32,000 bases of DNA. It comes from Candidatus Micrarchaeota archaeon. Its GTDB lineage: Archaea > Iainarchaeota > Iainarchaeia > JAADDC01. The position numbers and the translations under genes are program-made. The notes under the pieces were generated by a model, which worked only from the letters and a program-made list of their open reading frames with translations, was not told the origin of the DNA and did not search any database. The DNA is taken from the NCBI GenBank assembly GCA_027011045.1, contig JALVAT010000014.1, forward strand, positions 519 to 32,518, given 5' to 3'. Below, in pieces: positions 14,622-22,920 of the stretch; within the stretch, counting starts at the first letter, position 1; each line of letters opens with the position of its first letter.

Positions 14622-15602
14622 ATGGGCCGTTTGCGAGTAAGCGAGCGAGAAATCATTCTTGCTGCCTTTGCCGTACTTCTAATGGCTGCCGCTCCCGTTC
14701 TCGCGCCGCAGGATCCTGACACGACGGACGCCTTCCTCCTGCCAGCACCTGACGAGCTTGGATCCCTGTTTTCGTACTCCTTGGCGCTTGCGGTGCCCCT
14801 TACCCTCGTCCTGATCGCCATTTATCTCGTTAGGGCTACCACGACGGACCGCGTCCGAAGGGTAATATACTACACGGTTGCCATAATCGCACTTCTCATT
14901 GCGCTCTGGTATTTCGGGCCGGGGCCCGTGGGCTCCGTCATAATATTTGCGACGGCTGTGGGCGGGTTCGCGCCCATCCTTTCCGAGCACCCTTGTAAGC
15001 TCACCACCTGGAAGGTAATATCTGGCGGAAGGGGCTGGGCAACCCTTTTGATATTCATTCTCCTACTGCGTCTGTTCTCCGCAGAGGCGCCCGTGCTTCA
15101 GAAAGCCCTGCTAAACGTTATTGCAGAGGCATCCATTAGCAGCATGGGAGAAAACCAGAGTATTCTGGACATAAATCAGCTAATACCCCTCATTGTGACC
15201 CCTGAGGAGCGCCAGCGCCTCGTGGAGACCGTTGCCCAGGAAACCCCTAACTGGAACCAGCTTTCTCCGTCAGAACAGCAGGCCATAATCCAACAGTATC
15301 TGCAGCAGTACATTGCGGTTAAAAAGGCGATAAGGAGCGCTCTCGAAGCGGGAATAAAGTTGCCGAGCGGTCCTGAGGCGAAACAGCTCATTGAAAAGGA
15401 GCTCGAGCAGGTGCCCGCCGTACAGCAGATCCTCAAGTATGCTCCAGCGCTCTGGGCAACGCTTGGCGTGTTCCTTTACTCGCTTGTCCTGTTCTTCTCC
15501 GAAATCGCTGCGTGGCTCGTGGCCATGATCCTCTCACTTGTAGGCGTGCGTCCGGCAACAAAGTGGAAGCTGGTACCCGTGGAGAACGCGAACAGCTCTT
15601 AA
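14622..15602 (+). CDS. hypothetical integral membrane protein, 326 aa
   Basis: There are several hydrophobic segments of more than 20 aa, for example LALAVPLTLVLIAIYLV, YYTVAIIALLIALWYF, WATLLIFILLLRLF and LWATLGVFLYSLVLFFSEIAAWLVAMILSLV. A Q-rich soluble loop (QQAIIQQYLQQYIAVKK) is also present. Confidence 0.7.
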   Translation: MGRLRVSEREIILAAFAVLLMAAAPVLAPQDPDTTDAFLLPAPDELGSLFSYSLALAVPLTLVLIAIYLVRATTTDRVRRVIYYTVAIIALLIALWYFGPGPVGSVIIFATAVGGFAPILSEHPCKLTTWKVISGGRGWATLLIFILLLRLFSAEAPVLQKALLNVIAEASISSMGENQSILDINQLIPLIVTPEERQRLVETVAQETPNWNQLSPSEQQAIIQQYLQQYIAVKKAIRSALEAGIKLPSGPEAKQLIEKELEQVPAVQQILKYAPALWATLGVFLYSLVLFFSEIAAWLVAMILSLVGVRPATKWKLVPVENANSS

Positions 15603-15631
15603 ACTTTTCTCTTCCTTTACAAAGGGTTGAG

Positions 15632-15705
15632 GCCCCGGTAGCTCAGCCTGGTAGAGCGCTCGCTTGGTAAGCGAGAGGTCGCGGGTTCAAATCCCGCCCG
15701 GGGCT
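15632..15705 (+). tRNA. tRNA-Thr (anticodon GGU), 74 nt, CCA not encoded
   Basis: Sequence is GCCCCGGTAGCTCAGCCTGGTAGAGCGCTCGCTTGGTAAGCGAGAGGTCGCGGGTTCAAATCCCGCCCGGGGCT. It has acceptor stem GCCCCGG/CCGGGGC, D-arm GCTC/GAGC, anticodon stem CTCGC/GCGAG with loop TTGGTAA, and T-arm GCGGG-TTCAAAT-CCCGC. Confidence 0.92.
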
Positions 15706-15748
15706 CTGGTTTTCCTTGTTCTCCTTGTGTTTGGGTTGGGTTTTTCTT
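15706..15748 (+). terminator. T-run terminator region after tRNA-Thr
   Basis: CTGGTTTTCCTTGTTCTCCTTGTGTTTGGGTTGGGTTTTTCTT contains successive T-tracts, including TTTTT at about 15741-15745. Confidence 0.5.
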
Positions 15749-15919
15749 AAATCGCTCTATACATCACCTAGATATCGCCTGAGGCCAGTTGCCATTCCCC
15801 AGAACTTCCCCTGATTTATAAACCCTTTTTAAACGTCATGGGGGTCTTTTAAACGAACGCACTTTATCGGAATGCACCCGTTCCAAAAACCCTTTATATT
15901 CGGCAACGGAGTTATCATC

Positions 15920-16174
15920 ATGATCGGTGAGATCCTTGAGAGCATAGGGTTTGAACAGGTTGTTGATCTTGAGGGCATAGAATTCGCGCGCAGAATCGTG
16001 GAGGAGCACCTCGCGGCGGGGTACCGCCTCCGAAACTACTACGAGATAAACAACTGGGGCGTGCCGAGACTCCACGCCGAGCTCGAGGGGTCCAGAGACA
16101 TACTCGTGGTGGAGGCTTCACCAGAGCTCGGCGTGGTCATATCGAGGATCGCCGGTGCCGCCGAATCCCAATAA
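15920..16174 (+). CDS. hypothetical protein, 84 aa
   Basis: TTTATATT (15893-15900) is centred about 24 nt upstream of ATG 15920, so the track start 15872 was trimmed. The competing antisense ORF 15836..16075 has no promoter or RBS. I recognise no motif. Confidence 0.5.
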   Translation: MIGEILESIGFEQVVDLEGIEFARRIVEEHLAAGYRLRNYYEINNWGVPRLHAELEGSRDILVVEASPELGVVISRIAGAAESQ

Positions 16175-16199
16175 AACTTTAACCCCTCTCTTCTTTTCG

Positions 16200-17402
16200 A
16201 TGGGCAGGAAAATCATACTCGACGAGTACAAGGGAAGGCCCGTTGAGCAGAGGCCCGTGGAGTTCGTGGAGCGTAAGGGCCTTGGACACCCCGATACCAT
16301 CGCCGATGGCATCGCAGACGCCGTGAGCCAGGCTCTCTGCGCGGAGTATATTCATCGCTTCGGAACCGTTCTTCACCACAATACGGATCAGGTTGAAGTT
16401 GTTGGCGGTAAATCGAGGCCGATGTGGGGCGGCGGTGAACTTATAGCGCCCATCCGCATCCTTATTTCCGGAAGAGCTACCTCTGAAGTAGACGGGGAGG
16501 ATATTCCAGTCCATCGCATCGCCATCGAAGCCGCTAAGGATTACCTCTGGCAGCACTTTAGACACCTCGACGTGGAGAGCCACGTGGTGGTGAACTCTCT
16601 CATCGGCGAGGGTTCCGTTGATCTGAAACACCTCTTTGAGCAGAAGAAGGACGGAATTCACCTTGCCAATGATACATCGCTTGCCGTGGGCTATGCGCCC
16701 CTGAGCGAGACCGAGGCGCTTACCCTCGAAGCGGAGCGTGTTCTGAACTCCGAATCGTTTAAGCGCGAGTACCCCGCGGTTGGGGAAGACATAAAGGTGA
16801 TGTCCGCACGCCACGGGGATGAAATTGAGATCACTGTTGCGGCGGCAATGGTGGACGCCGAGCTTCAGAACGTTCAGGAGTATCTCGAGGCAAAGGGCGC
16901 AATATTCGAGACGATCCGAGATCTGGCAGAGAGCATAACGGAGCGCAAGGTGCACGTGCACGTCAACACCGCCGACGATATTGAAACGGGCCACGTTTAC
17001 CTTACCGTCACGGGGTTGTCTGCGGAGGCGGGTGACGACGGTTCCGTCGGACGCGGCAACCGCGTTAACGGCCTGATAACCCCTTCGAGGCACATCAGCC
17101 TGGAGGCAGCAGCCGGAAAGAACCCCGTGAGCCACGTGGGCAAAATATACAACGTTCTTGCCCATCAGATCGCGAAGGACATTCACGAGCACGTTTCCGG
17201 CGTCCAGGAAGTCTACGTCTACATCATGAGTAGGATCGGCAAGCCCATCGACGAGCCGGAGCTCGTCCACGTTCAGATCCTTCCCGAGAGCGGCAGTGCC
17301 AAGGAGCTCTACGCAGAGGCGGAGGAAATCATCAACAGGCACTTCGATAACATCCAGGATCTCATTGGAAAGCTGATCGCCGGTGAAATCAGGGTGTTCT
17401 GA
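16200..17402 (+). CDS. metK: S-adenosylmethionine synthetase, archaeal type (MAT), 400 aa
   Basis: [21 protein letters not shown] at the N-terminus, together with the length and overall pattern, are typical of the archaeal MAT family. ATG 16200 lies about 26 nt downstream of AATAAAAC (16170-16177). Confidence 0.9.
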   Translation: MGRKIILDEYKGRPVEQRPVEFVERKGLGHPDTIADGIADAVSQALCAEYIHRFGTVLHHNTDQVEVVGGKSRPMWGGGELIAPIRILISGRATSEVDGEDIPVHRIAIEAAKDYLWQHFRHLDVESHVVVNSLIGEGSVDLKHLFEQKKDGIHLANDTSLAVGYAPLSETEALTLEAERVLNSESFKREYPAVGEDIKVMSARHGDEIEITVAAAMVDAELQNVQEYLEAKGAIFETIRDLAESITERKVHVHVNTADDIETGHVYLTVTGLSAEAGDDGSVGRGNRVNGLITPSRHISLEAAAGKNPVSHVGKIYNVLAHQIAKDIHEHVSGVQEVYVYIMSRIGKPIDEPELVHVQILPESGSAKELYAEAEEIINRHFDNIQDLIGKLIAGEIRVF

Positions 17403-17638
17403 TGCTGAGCGTTCGCCCTGCGGCGTATCCGACAAACGTGTGGTACGTCAGCGACGGCCCTGCAGACGTGGAGGACGGGCACCTTGTGATAGCAGATCCC
17501 GAGAGCATCGAGGAGCTCGTAGTGTTCCTGAAATCCGTAAAACCCCGGCGCATTGTGGTAATTACCGACAACGATGAGTTCTACGCGGAAATCTTCGGTG
17601 CGTTCACGCCCGATAAGGTCATGCGCGCCACTCGCTAG
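17402..17638 (+). CDS. hypothetical protein, 78 aa, translationally coupled to metK
   Basis: The ATG overlaps the metK stop (TGATG at 17400-17404). The protein is acidic. I recognise no motif. Confidence 0.5.
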   Translation: MLSVRPAAYPTNVWYVSDGPADVEDGHLVIADPESIEELVVFLKSVKPRRIVVITDNDEFYAEIFGAFTPDKVMRATR

Positions 17639-17721
17639 CCCGGGTGGGACGGCTCGGGTGATGGGTGATCCCGGGTTTCACGCCCGGGCTACATTATAAA
17701 CCTTTTCACGCCGTTAACAAC

Positions 17722-18351
17722 ATGGCAGACGTACAGAGGACGTACGGACTTGTGGCACTTGGGTTCCTTGTGGCCCTGCTGACGGGGGTTCTCCTCTGGT
17801 TCCCAATAACTGTAAAGGCATATTCTGCAATGGGCGGAGCTGGCGCCTTTCTGCTTGCCGTCGTGGCGTTCATACCAATATTTGTTGTGATGGCGCGCCC
17901 CTCCCTGCTCACGTACATGCTCTTCTCGGCCGTGACGGAGGGATACGTTCTTGCCGTGATACCTGTTTACGCCTACGCTCTTGGGCCCATCGCATGGGGG
18001 ATTGTGGCGGGTGGCGCAGCTGCCTTTGCCCTCATCGGACTGGCGTTTTCGCAGGAGGATCGTAGTGTGGGGGAGGGTGTTGGCCGCGCCGCGTTTTGGA
18101 TGATCCTGCTATCCCTTGTCGGGTCCATAGCACTCATAATCGGCGGGATCTTTGGCTGGTACTCCTGGCACCTCGACCTCCTCACCACGGGCATTGCATT
18201 TGTGGGCTTTCTCCTGTTTGCCGCGTACGACGCTTCAAGGGTCCGCACGTACCCCGATGAATACCGGGCCGCAACGGCCCTGCTCATCGATCTCGTGGGC
18301 ATTATCGTGGAGCTCCTACGGCTCGTGCTTCTCCTTCAGAGGCGCGACTGA
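17722..18351 (+). CDS. Bax inhibitor-1/YccA family membrane protein, 209 aa
   Basis: About 7 hydrophobic helices are present. The N-terminus is QRTYGLVALGFLVALLTGVL, and the C-terminal signature is LLFAAYDASRV...AATALLIDLVGIIVELLRLVL (compare F..YD.Q.I...A..LYLD.INLFL.LLRI). ATTATAAA (17692-17699) is centred about 26 nt upstream of ATG 17722. Confidence 0.7.
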   Translation: MADVQRTYGLVALGFLVALLTGVLLWFPITVKAYSAMGGAGAFLLAVVAFIPIFVVMARPSLLTYMLFSAVTEGYVLAVIPVYAYALGPIAWGIVAGGAAAFALIGLAFSQEDRSVGEGVGRAAFWMILLSLVGSIALIIGGIFGWYSWHLDLLTTGIAFVGFLLFAAYDASRVRTYPDEYRAATALLIDLVGIIVELLRLVLLLQRRD

Positions 18352-19373
18352 AGGAGTTTTACAAACTCTTCCCTTCTTTCGGCTGGGAAACGCATCCCTG
18401 CTGCCACGGGATGCCCCCCGCCCCTCCCGCCGAGCGCGGACGCGACAGAATCGGCTAACTTGCCCATGTGTAGCCCGCGTTCCTCAAAGTTTCTGCACCG
18501 GAGCGATCCCCGCATTGTGCCTTCGTGGTCCTTGCCGATTACAGCAACAACCCAGTCCCTGAGCTCGGGGAGCTCCGAGAGCCGCGTTGAAACAACCGAA
18601 TTGATCTGTCGGTATGGGTGCTCCGTCTCCACAATTAGCAGCCTTTTCTCGCGGTCCATTAGGAGCGCATGGTCCTTGTAATGGTCTACGTACTGGGAGA
18701 CTGCAGATTCAAAGATGTCAAAGGCCTTGCGAAACTCTTCCCGCTCTAGAACGTCTCGGATACTGCGAATCTCGTTTAACAGAAGATAATCTAGCTCCAA
18801 GAGATCCTCTGTCACTGCTATGTATGCGGTGAGCATGTCTCCAGCCCTTTTCACATTCTCATAACCGCAGCGGTCAATGAGAAACTCGCTCCAGGGAGCA
18901 ATGCACCTGTCGGTGTACACGGAGATCGCTGCCAGCCAGTCGTAGTCCATCGCGCGCTCCCTGAAGGTGAGGTATGCAAGGAAGCCCGCATTCCACAGGG
19001 AGGCATCTTTAACCCCTGCGAGGTGTGGGTTCACGTATGCCCGCAGGTACCTGGTAATCTTTTCCTCCCACGGGTGGTGGTCGATTGCGTAGGCATTCTT
19101 TCCCTCTTCGCTCGTCCCTCGAACAATGTCCGCCGGATGTCCGTGGAGCGCCAGGTCCGTGAGGAAAAGAGCCCCCGTCTCGGGCACGAAGACCTTTCCG
19201 CGGTCCATGGGATACGGGTATGCCTCGTAGCCCATTCTGCGAAGTGCTACGGTGGTTATGATGCCCGATGCAAAGCCGTCCATATCAATATCGTGCTCCA
19301 CGTGGTAGATCTTGTCGGAAAGTGATGAAACAAGCGTCTTCATCTGGTTCTGGAGTGTTTTTGGTATTTCCAT
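18336..19373 (-). CDS. DHH/DHHA1 family phosphoesterase (NrnA/RecJ-like), 345 aa
   Basis: Motifs are HDIDMDGFASG (DHH motifs I/II), AIDHHPW (DHH motif III) and GGRGGGHPVAAG (DHHA1 GGGH). A minus-strand CATAAAAG box at about 19396-19404 lies about 27 nt upstream of ATG 19373. Confidence 0.85.
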   Translation of the reverse strand: MEIPKTLQNQMKTLVSSLSDKIYHVEHDIDMDGFASGIITTVALRRMGYEAYPYPMDRGKVFVPETGALFLTDLALHGHPADIVRGTSEEGKNAYAIDHHPWEEKITRYLRAYVNPHLAGVKDASLWNAGFLAYLTFRERAMDYDWLAAISVYTDRCIAPWSEFLIDRCGYENVKRAGDMLTAYIAVTEDLLELDYLLLNEIRSIRDVLEREEFRKAFDIFESAVSQYVDHYKDHALLMDREKRLLIVETEHPYRQINSVVSTRLSELPELRDWVVAVIGKDHEGTMRGSLRCRNFEERGLHMGKLADSVASALGGRGGGHPVAAGMRFPAERREEFVKLLQSRL

Positions 19374-19474
19374 GGGGTAAAGAAGAAGGGGGAGCTCTTT
19401 TATGGGTTGCCTCTAAGGACGGAAAGAGGTTAACGAGTACTGCTTTTTATGCCTTCCTTTTCCGTTCATACCCG

Positions 19475-20743
19475 GTGAGAAAAATGGAGCGGATCCGCGG
19501 CTGGGTCTGGAACGTTCGCGACATCGGAAAGCTTAAGTTCATCCTCATACGCAAGTTCCCCGAGAATCGCATCGAGCAGGTCGTCGTGAAGAAGGGTAAT
19601 GTGCCGGATGATGTCCTCGAAGCTGCCGGAAAGTATAATCCCGAAACGCTCCTTGAAATCGAGGGCGAATGGAAGGAGTCCCCCAAGGCACCCAACGGAA
19701 GGGAGTTCGTGGCGAAGAACATAACGATCATAGCAAACTCCCAGCCAACGCCCATAGATCTTACCGAGAAGACCCCTGCCGAGTTTCCCACCCGTCTCGA
19801 ATACAGGTACCTTGATCTGAGAAAACCGCGCATCGCGGCAATCTTCAAGGCAAAGGACGTCATCATCGACGCTGCCCGTGAGGTCATGCGCAAGAACGGG
19901 TTCGTGGAGGCAGCCTTCTATCCCATGATCATCGCCACGGCCACAGAGGGCGGTGCAGAGCTGTTCCCGCTCGTATACTTTGATAAGGAGGCATTCCTCG
20001 CCCAGTCTGCCCAGCTCTACAAGCAATCACTTGTTCCCGCCTTCGGCAGGGTTTTTGCCATAGCTCCATCTTTCCGGGCGGAGAAGAGCAGGACAAGGAA
20101 GCACCTAACGGAGTTCTGGCAGATCGACGCGGAGGCTGCCTTCGTGACGAAAAGGGATCTGATGGATATTCAGTTCCAGATTTACAGGCGCGCGGCAGAG
20201 CGGCTGAACGACGAGGCGGAAGAAGAGCTGAAGCTTTTGGGAATAGAAGAAGTACCCGTGCCTAAGAAGTACGAAACGATCAGCTACGAGGAGGCCATAG
20301 AGCTCCTGCAGTCCGACGGTATCGACATAAAGAAAGGGGATGACTTCGGCGCGCCAGAGGAGAGACAGCTGTGCAGCCACTTCGACGTGCCCTTCTTTGT
20401 GACGGAGTTCCCCGAGACGGAGTGCGCCTTCTACTACAAGCTCCGTGAGGATGATCCATTCTACGCGGAGAAGATGGACTTCCTCGCACCAGGGCCCAAT
20501 GGCCTCGAGCTGTCCTCTGGCGGACCAAGGGAGCACGACCCGGAGAAGCTCAAGCAGCGTATGATCGCCAAGGGAATGCGTCCCGAGTCCTTTGGATGGT
20601 ATCTGGATATGTTCCGCTACGGATTCCCGCCCCACGGTGGCTTTGGAATGGGCGTGGAGCGCCTGACCCTTGCGCTGCTCCAGCTGGACAAGATCACTGA
20701 GGCTATGCCATACCCGAGGACGCCGGATATACTTACCCCGTGA
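19475..20743 (+). CDS. class IIb aminoacyl-tRNA synthetase of the Asp/Asn family (AspRS or AsnRS, not resolvable by eye)
   Basis: The N-terminal OB anticodon-binding domain is RIRGWVWNVRDIGKLKFILIR. Core motifs are IIATATEGGAELFP, FLAQSAQLYKQ, SFRAEKSRTRKHLTEFWQIDAEAAF, LSSGGPREH, FRYGFPPHGGFGMGVERL and YPRTPDILTP. The track ORF start 19268 overlaps the divergent DHH gene. GTG 19475 (about 27 nt from TTTTTATG at 19444-19451) or ATG 19484 is preferred. Confidence 0.85.
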   Translation: MRKMERIRGWVWNVRDIGKLKFILIRKFPENRIEQVVVKKGNVPDDVLEAAGKYNPETLLEIEGEWKESPKAPNGREFVAKNITIIANSQPTPIDLTEKTPAEFPTRLEYRYLDLRKPRIAAIFKAKDVIIDAAREVMRKNGFVEAAFYPMIIATATEGGAELFPLVYFDKEAFLAQSAQLYKQSLVPAFGRVFAIAPSFRAEKSRTRKHLTEFWQIDAEAAFVTKRDLMDIQFQIYRRAAERLNDEAEEELKLLGIEEVPVPKKYETISYEEAIELLQSDGIDIKKGDDFGAPEERQLCSHFDVPFFVTEFPETECAFYYKLREDDPFYAEKMDFLAPGPNGLELSSGGPREHDPEKLKQRMIAKGMRPESFGWYLDMFRYGFPPHGGFGMGVERLTLALLQLDKITEAMPYPRTPDILTP

Positions 20744-20759
20744 GGGGGTTCGACGTTTG

Positions 20760-20783
20760 CCGGGTAGCTCCCGGTAGCTTTTT
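20760..20783 (+). terminator. short hairpin plus T-run after the AsxRS gene (the T-run overlaps the next promoter)
   Basis: CCGGG-TAGCT-CCCGG forms a 5-bp stem, followed by GTAGCTTTTT. GGTAGCT also occurs twice, 10 nt apart. Confidence 0.35.
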
Positions 20784-20786
20784 ATT
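20779..20786 (+). promoter_or_regulatory. TATA-like box (TTTTTATT) for the plsY-plsY-dak2-degV operon
   Basis: Centred about 28 nt upstream of ATG 20811, with no SD, which implies a leaderless first cistron. Confidence 0.5.
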
Positions 20787-20810
20787 CTTTAATTCCCTTC
20801 TGGAATCGCA

Positions 20811-21440
20811 ATGGGCGCAGAAACGGTTCTTTGGGGGCTTTTAGGATATCTTTCGGGTTCCCTGCCCTGGGGATACATCATTGCACGGCTCCGCGGTGTA
20901 AACATACGGGAACACGGTAGCGGGAACATAGGGGCAGCCAACGTAGCTAGAATCCTTGGTGCTCCATACGGCGTGCTTGTCGGCATCCATGACTTCCTGA
21001 AGGGTTTCATCCCCACGTACTTCGCCTTTGCACTCTATGGGCCCTTTACCGGCCTTGTCACGGGCGTTCTCGCTGTTGTTGGTGCAATATTCTCCGTTTT
21101 CCTCGGCTTTCGCGGTGGAAAGGGATTCTCCTGCGCATTCGGCGCATTTGTGGCAATGACGGTTCTCACCGGCCAGTATGGAGCCCTCGCAGCGCTGCTG
21201 ACAATCTGGTTCACCATAGTACTCCTTACTCAGATGACGGGCCTTGCAAACATCGTGACCATCGTTGCAGCGGTTCCCGTTACGGCACTGGCGGGCTCTC
21301 CCGTGCTCACGGCATACACGCTTGCCGTTGCGATCCTGGTGATGTACTCCCACAGGGATAACATAATCCTCATGCTCCAGGGCGATCTCGAGTCTCAGCG
21401 CTTAGATCACAGGGGTAAGCGCCGCATCCGCATGGGGTGA
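20811..21440 (+). CDS. plsY: PlsY-like acyl-phosphate:glycerol-phosphate acyltransferase family membrane protein, paralog 1 (209 aa)
   Basis: The protein is polytopic and hydrophobic. It carries YLSGSLPWGY (motif 1-like), GSGNIGAANV (motif 2), FLGFRGGKGF (motif 3 without the His) and the C-terminal YSHRDNIILMLQGDLE (compare H..NI.RL..G.E). Confidence 0.8.
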   Translation: MGAETVLWGLLGYLSGSLPWGYIIARLRGVNIREHGSGNIGAANVARILGAPYGVLVGIHDFLKGFIPTYFAFALYGPFTGLVTGVLAVVGAIFSVFLGFRGGKGFSCAFGAFVAMTVLTGQYGALAALLTIWFTIVLLTQMTGLANIVTIVAAVPVTALAGSPVLTAYTLAVAILVMYSHRDNIILMLQGDLESQRLDHRGKRRIRMG

Positions 21441-21444
21441 TGGC

Positions 21445-22038
21445 GTGGCCCTTACTGATACATTGCTCGCAGCGCTCATTGGATACGTCCTGGGGTCCAT
21501 CCCTTGGGCGTACATGCTTGTCCGCGCGTTCAGGGGAATTGACATCCGCACGGTGGGGAGCAAAAACGTTGGTACCCTAAATGCCTATCGCGCTACGGGC
21601 TCCAAGGCCCTTGCTTGGGCTGTGCTCTTACTCGACCTTGCCAAGGCCGTCGTAGCGTATCTCATAGCATCCGTGTGCTGCCCTGATTTCCTTTGGGTTC
21701 TTCCCATTGCAGTTGTTTTGGGTCATAACTACCCCGTGTGGTTGAAATTCAGGGGCGGGCGGGGTATCGCGGTGTTCCTTGTGCTTGCCTTGCTCTACAA
21801 CAAGGTGTTCTTCGCCGCGTGGGTGCTCCTTTGGCTCACAGGTTATCTGCTCAGCGGATACATTGCTGTTGGTGCGCTCTCCGCGCTGATCCTTGCTCCG
21901 ATAATAGCATACGTGCTTGGCACCCCCGTACTACCGATCCTCTTGGCGGAAATCCCCATTTTCCCTCGTTACGTGGAAAAGATCCGTCTCCTTATTAAGG
22001 GTGAGCTGCCCAAGCATTACTGGAGGAGTTCGGCATGA
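21445..22038 (+). CDS. PlsY-like membrane protein, divergent paralog 2 (197 aa)
   Basis: Motifs are YVLGSIPWAY, GSKNVGTLNA and VLGHNYPVWLKFRGGRGIA. GTG 21445 lies 4 nt after the paralog 1 stop and is preceded by GGGGTGA. Confidence 0.75.
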   Translation: MALTDTLLAALIGYVLGSIPWAYMLVRAFRGIDIRTVGSKNVGTLNAYRATGSKALAWAVLLLDLAKAVVAYLIASVCCPDFLWVLPIAVVLGHNYPVWLKFRGGRGIAVFLVLALLYNKVFFAAWVLLWLTGYLLSGYIAVGALSALILAPIIAYVLGTPVLPILLAEIPIFPRYVEKIRLLIKGELPKHYWRSSA

Positions 22039-22916
22039 TGGATGGCCTCCACTACAAAAAGGGCATACTCCTCGCCAGGGACCTATTAGAGCGGGAAATG
22101 GAGTTCATTAACGCTATAAACGTGTACCCCGTTGCAGATGCAGACACTGGAAGCAACATGTTCCTCACAATGGACGGGATAGCCGCTACCATACGCGACG
22201 TGGACACACGCCACTTCGGCGAGGTGGCAATGGCCGTTGCAGACGCAGCGCTCGAGCACGCCCGCGGAAACTCGGGCACGATCCTTTCGCAGTACTTCTG
22301 GGGCATTACAGAGGCGGTTGGCGATAAAGAGACGCTTGACAGGCACGACGTCGTGAACGCGCTCGTTACGGCAAAGGACTGGGCATACCAGGCAGTCTCC
22401 AATCCCGTTGAGGGTACGATCCTCACGGTGATGCGCGAAACGGCGGAAGCGGCGCAACGTCTCGCGAAGAGCATAGAGTCCGTGCCTGAACTTCTATACA
22501 AGGTGTATCAGGAGGCGCTCCGCGCCCTTGAACGCACGCCCGAGCTCCTAGCCAAGATGGGTAAGCCGAAGATCATTGATTCTGGCGCTTACGGATTTAC
22601 ACTTCTATTGGAGGGCTTCGTGAACGGTTTGGGCGTGGATGTGGCTGGATACCGTGTCCGCGGGATGCGTGCCGAACGGGAGCAGGGAAACGGCGATTCC
22701 GGGCTGTTCTGCACCACGTATATGCTCGAGCCAAGGGGTTCCGTGCTCACTGCGGACATAAGGAGGGCTATTGAGAAGTACGGTGACTCCATTGTGGTTG
22801 TGGGCGGAGGCAAGCGCGTAAAGGTCCACATTCACACGGAGGATCCCGAGGCGGTTCGGAAGGCCTTGGAACCCTACGGGGAAATCGTTCAGAAGCGTAT
22901 CGACAGGATTTGGTGA
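22035..22916 (+). CDS. Dak2/DhaL-domain protein, half-length FakA/YloV-like putative kinase subunit (293 aa)
   Basis: INAINVYPVADADTGSNMFLT is the Dak2 Mg-nucleotide signature (D.DTG.NM). RGNSGTILSQ is present. The C-terminal segment is GDSIVVVGGGKRVKVHIHTEDPEAV, as after the Dak2 domain of FakA-type proteins. The ATG overlaps the upstream stop (ATGA), and GGAGGAG lies 5 nt upstream. Confidence 0.85.
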   Translation: MMDGLHYKKGILLARDLLEREMEFINAINVYPVADADTGSNMFLTMDGIAATIRDVDTRHFGEVAMAVADAALEHARGNSGTILSQYFWGITEAVGDKETLDRHDVVNALVTAKDWAYQAVSNPVEGTILTVMRETAEAAQRLAKSIESVPELLYKVYQEALRALERTPELLAKMGKPKIIDSGAYGFTLLLEGFVNGLGVDVAGYRVRGMRAEREQGNGDSGLFCTTYMLEPRGSVLTADIRRAIEKYGDSIVVVGGGKRVKVHIHTEDPEAVRKALEPYGEIVQKRIDRIW

Positions 22917-22920
22917 TCCC

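Noticed and set aside
15836-16075. 79-aa minus-strand ORF competing with the 84-aa plus-strand ORF upstream of metK
   Set aside because: It has no TATA or SD at the right distance, and it would run into the tRNA-Thr terminator region. The plus-strand ORF has a well-spaced TTTATATT box. Neither is certain.
16179-17435. 418-aa ORF antisense to SAM synthetase
   Set aside because: It lies exactly opposite a gene with unmistakable MAT motifs and has no recognisable domain. This is a shadow-ORF artefact.
17668-17692. tRNA T-arm-like sequence CCCGGGTTTCACGCCCGGGCT, resembling the 3' part of tRNA-Thr (possible att site or integrated-element border)
   Set aside because: Similarity to the tRNA 3' end is only partial. 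The segment between it and tRNA-Thr carries core genes (metK) and no integrase. It is more simply a CCCGGG-N7-CCCGGG hairpin between genes.
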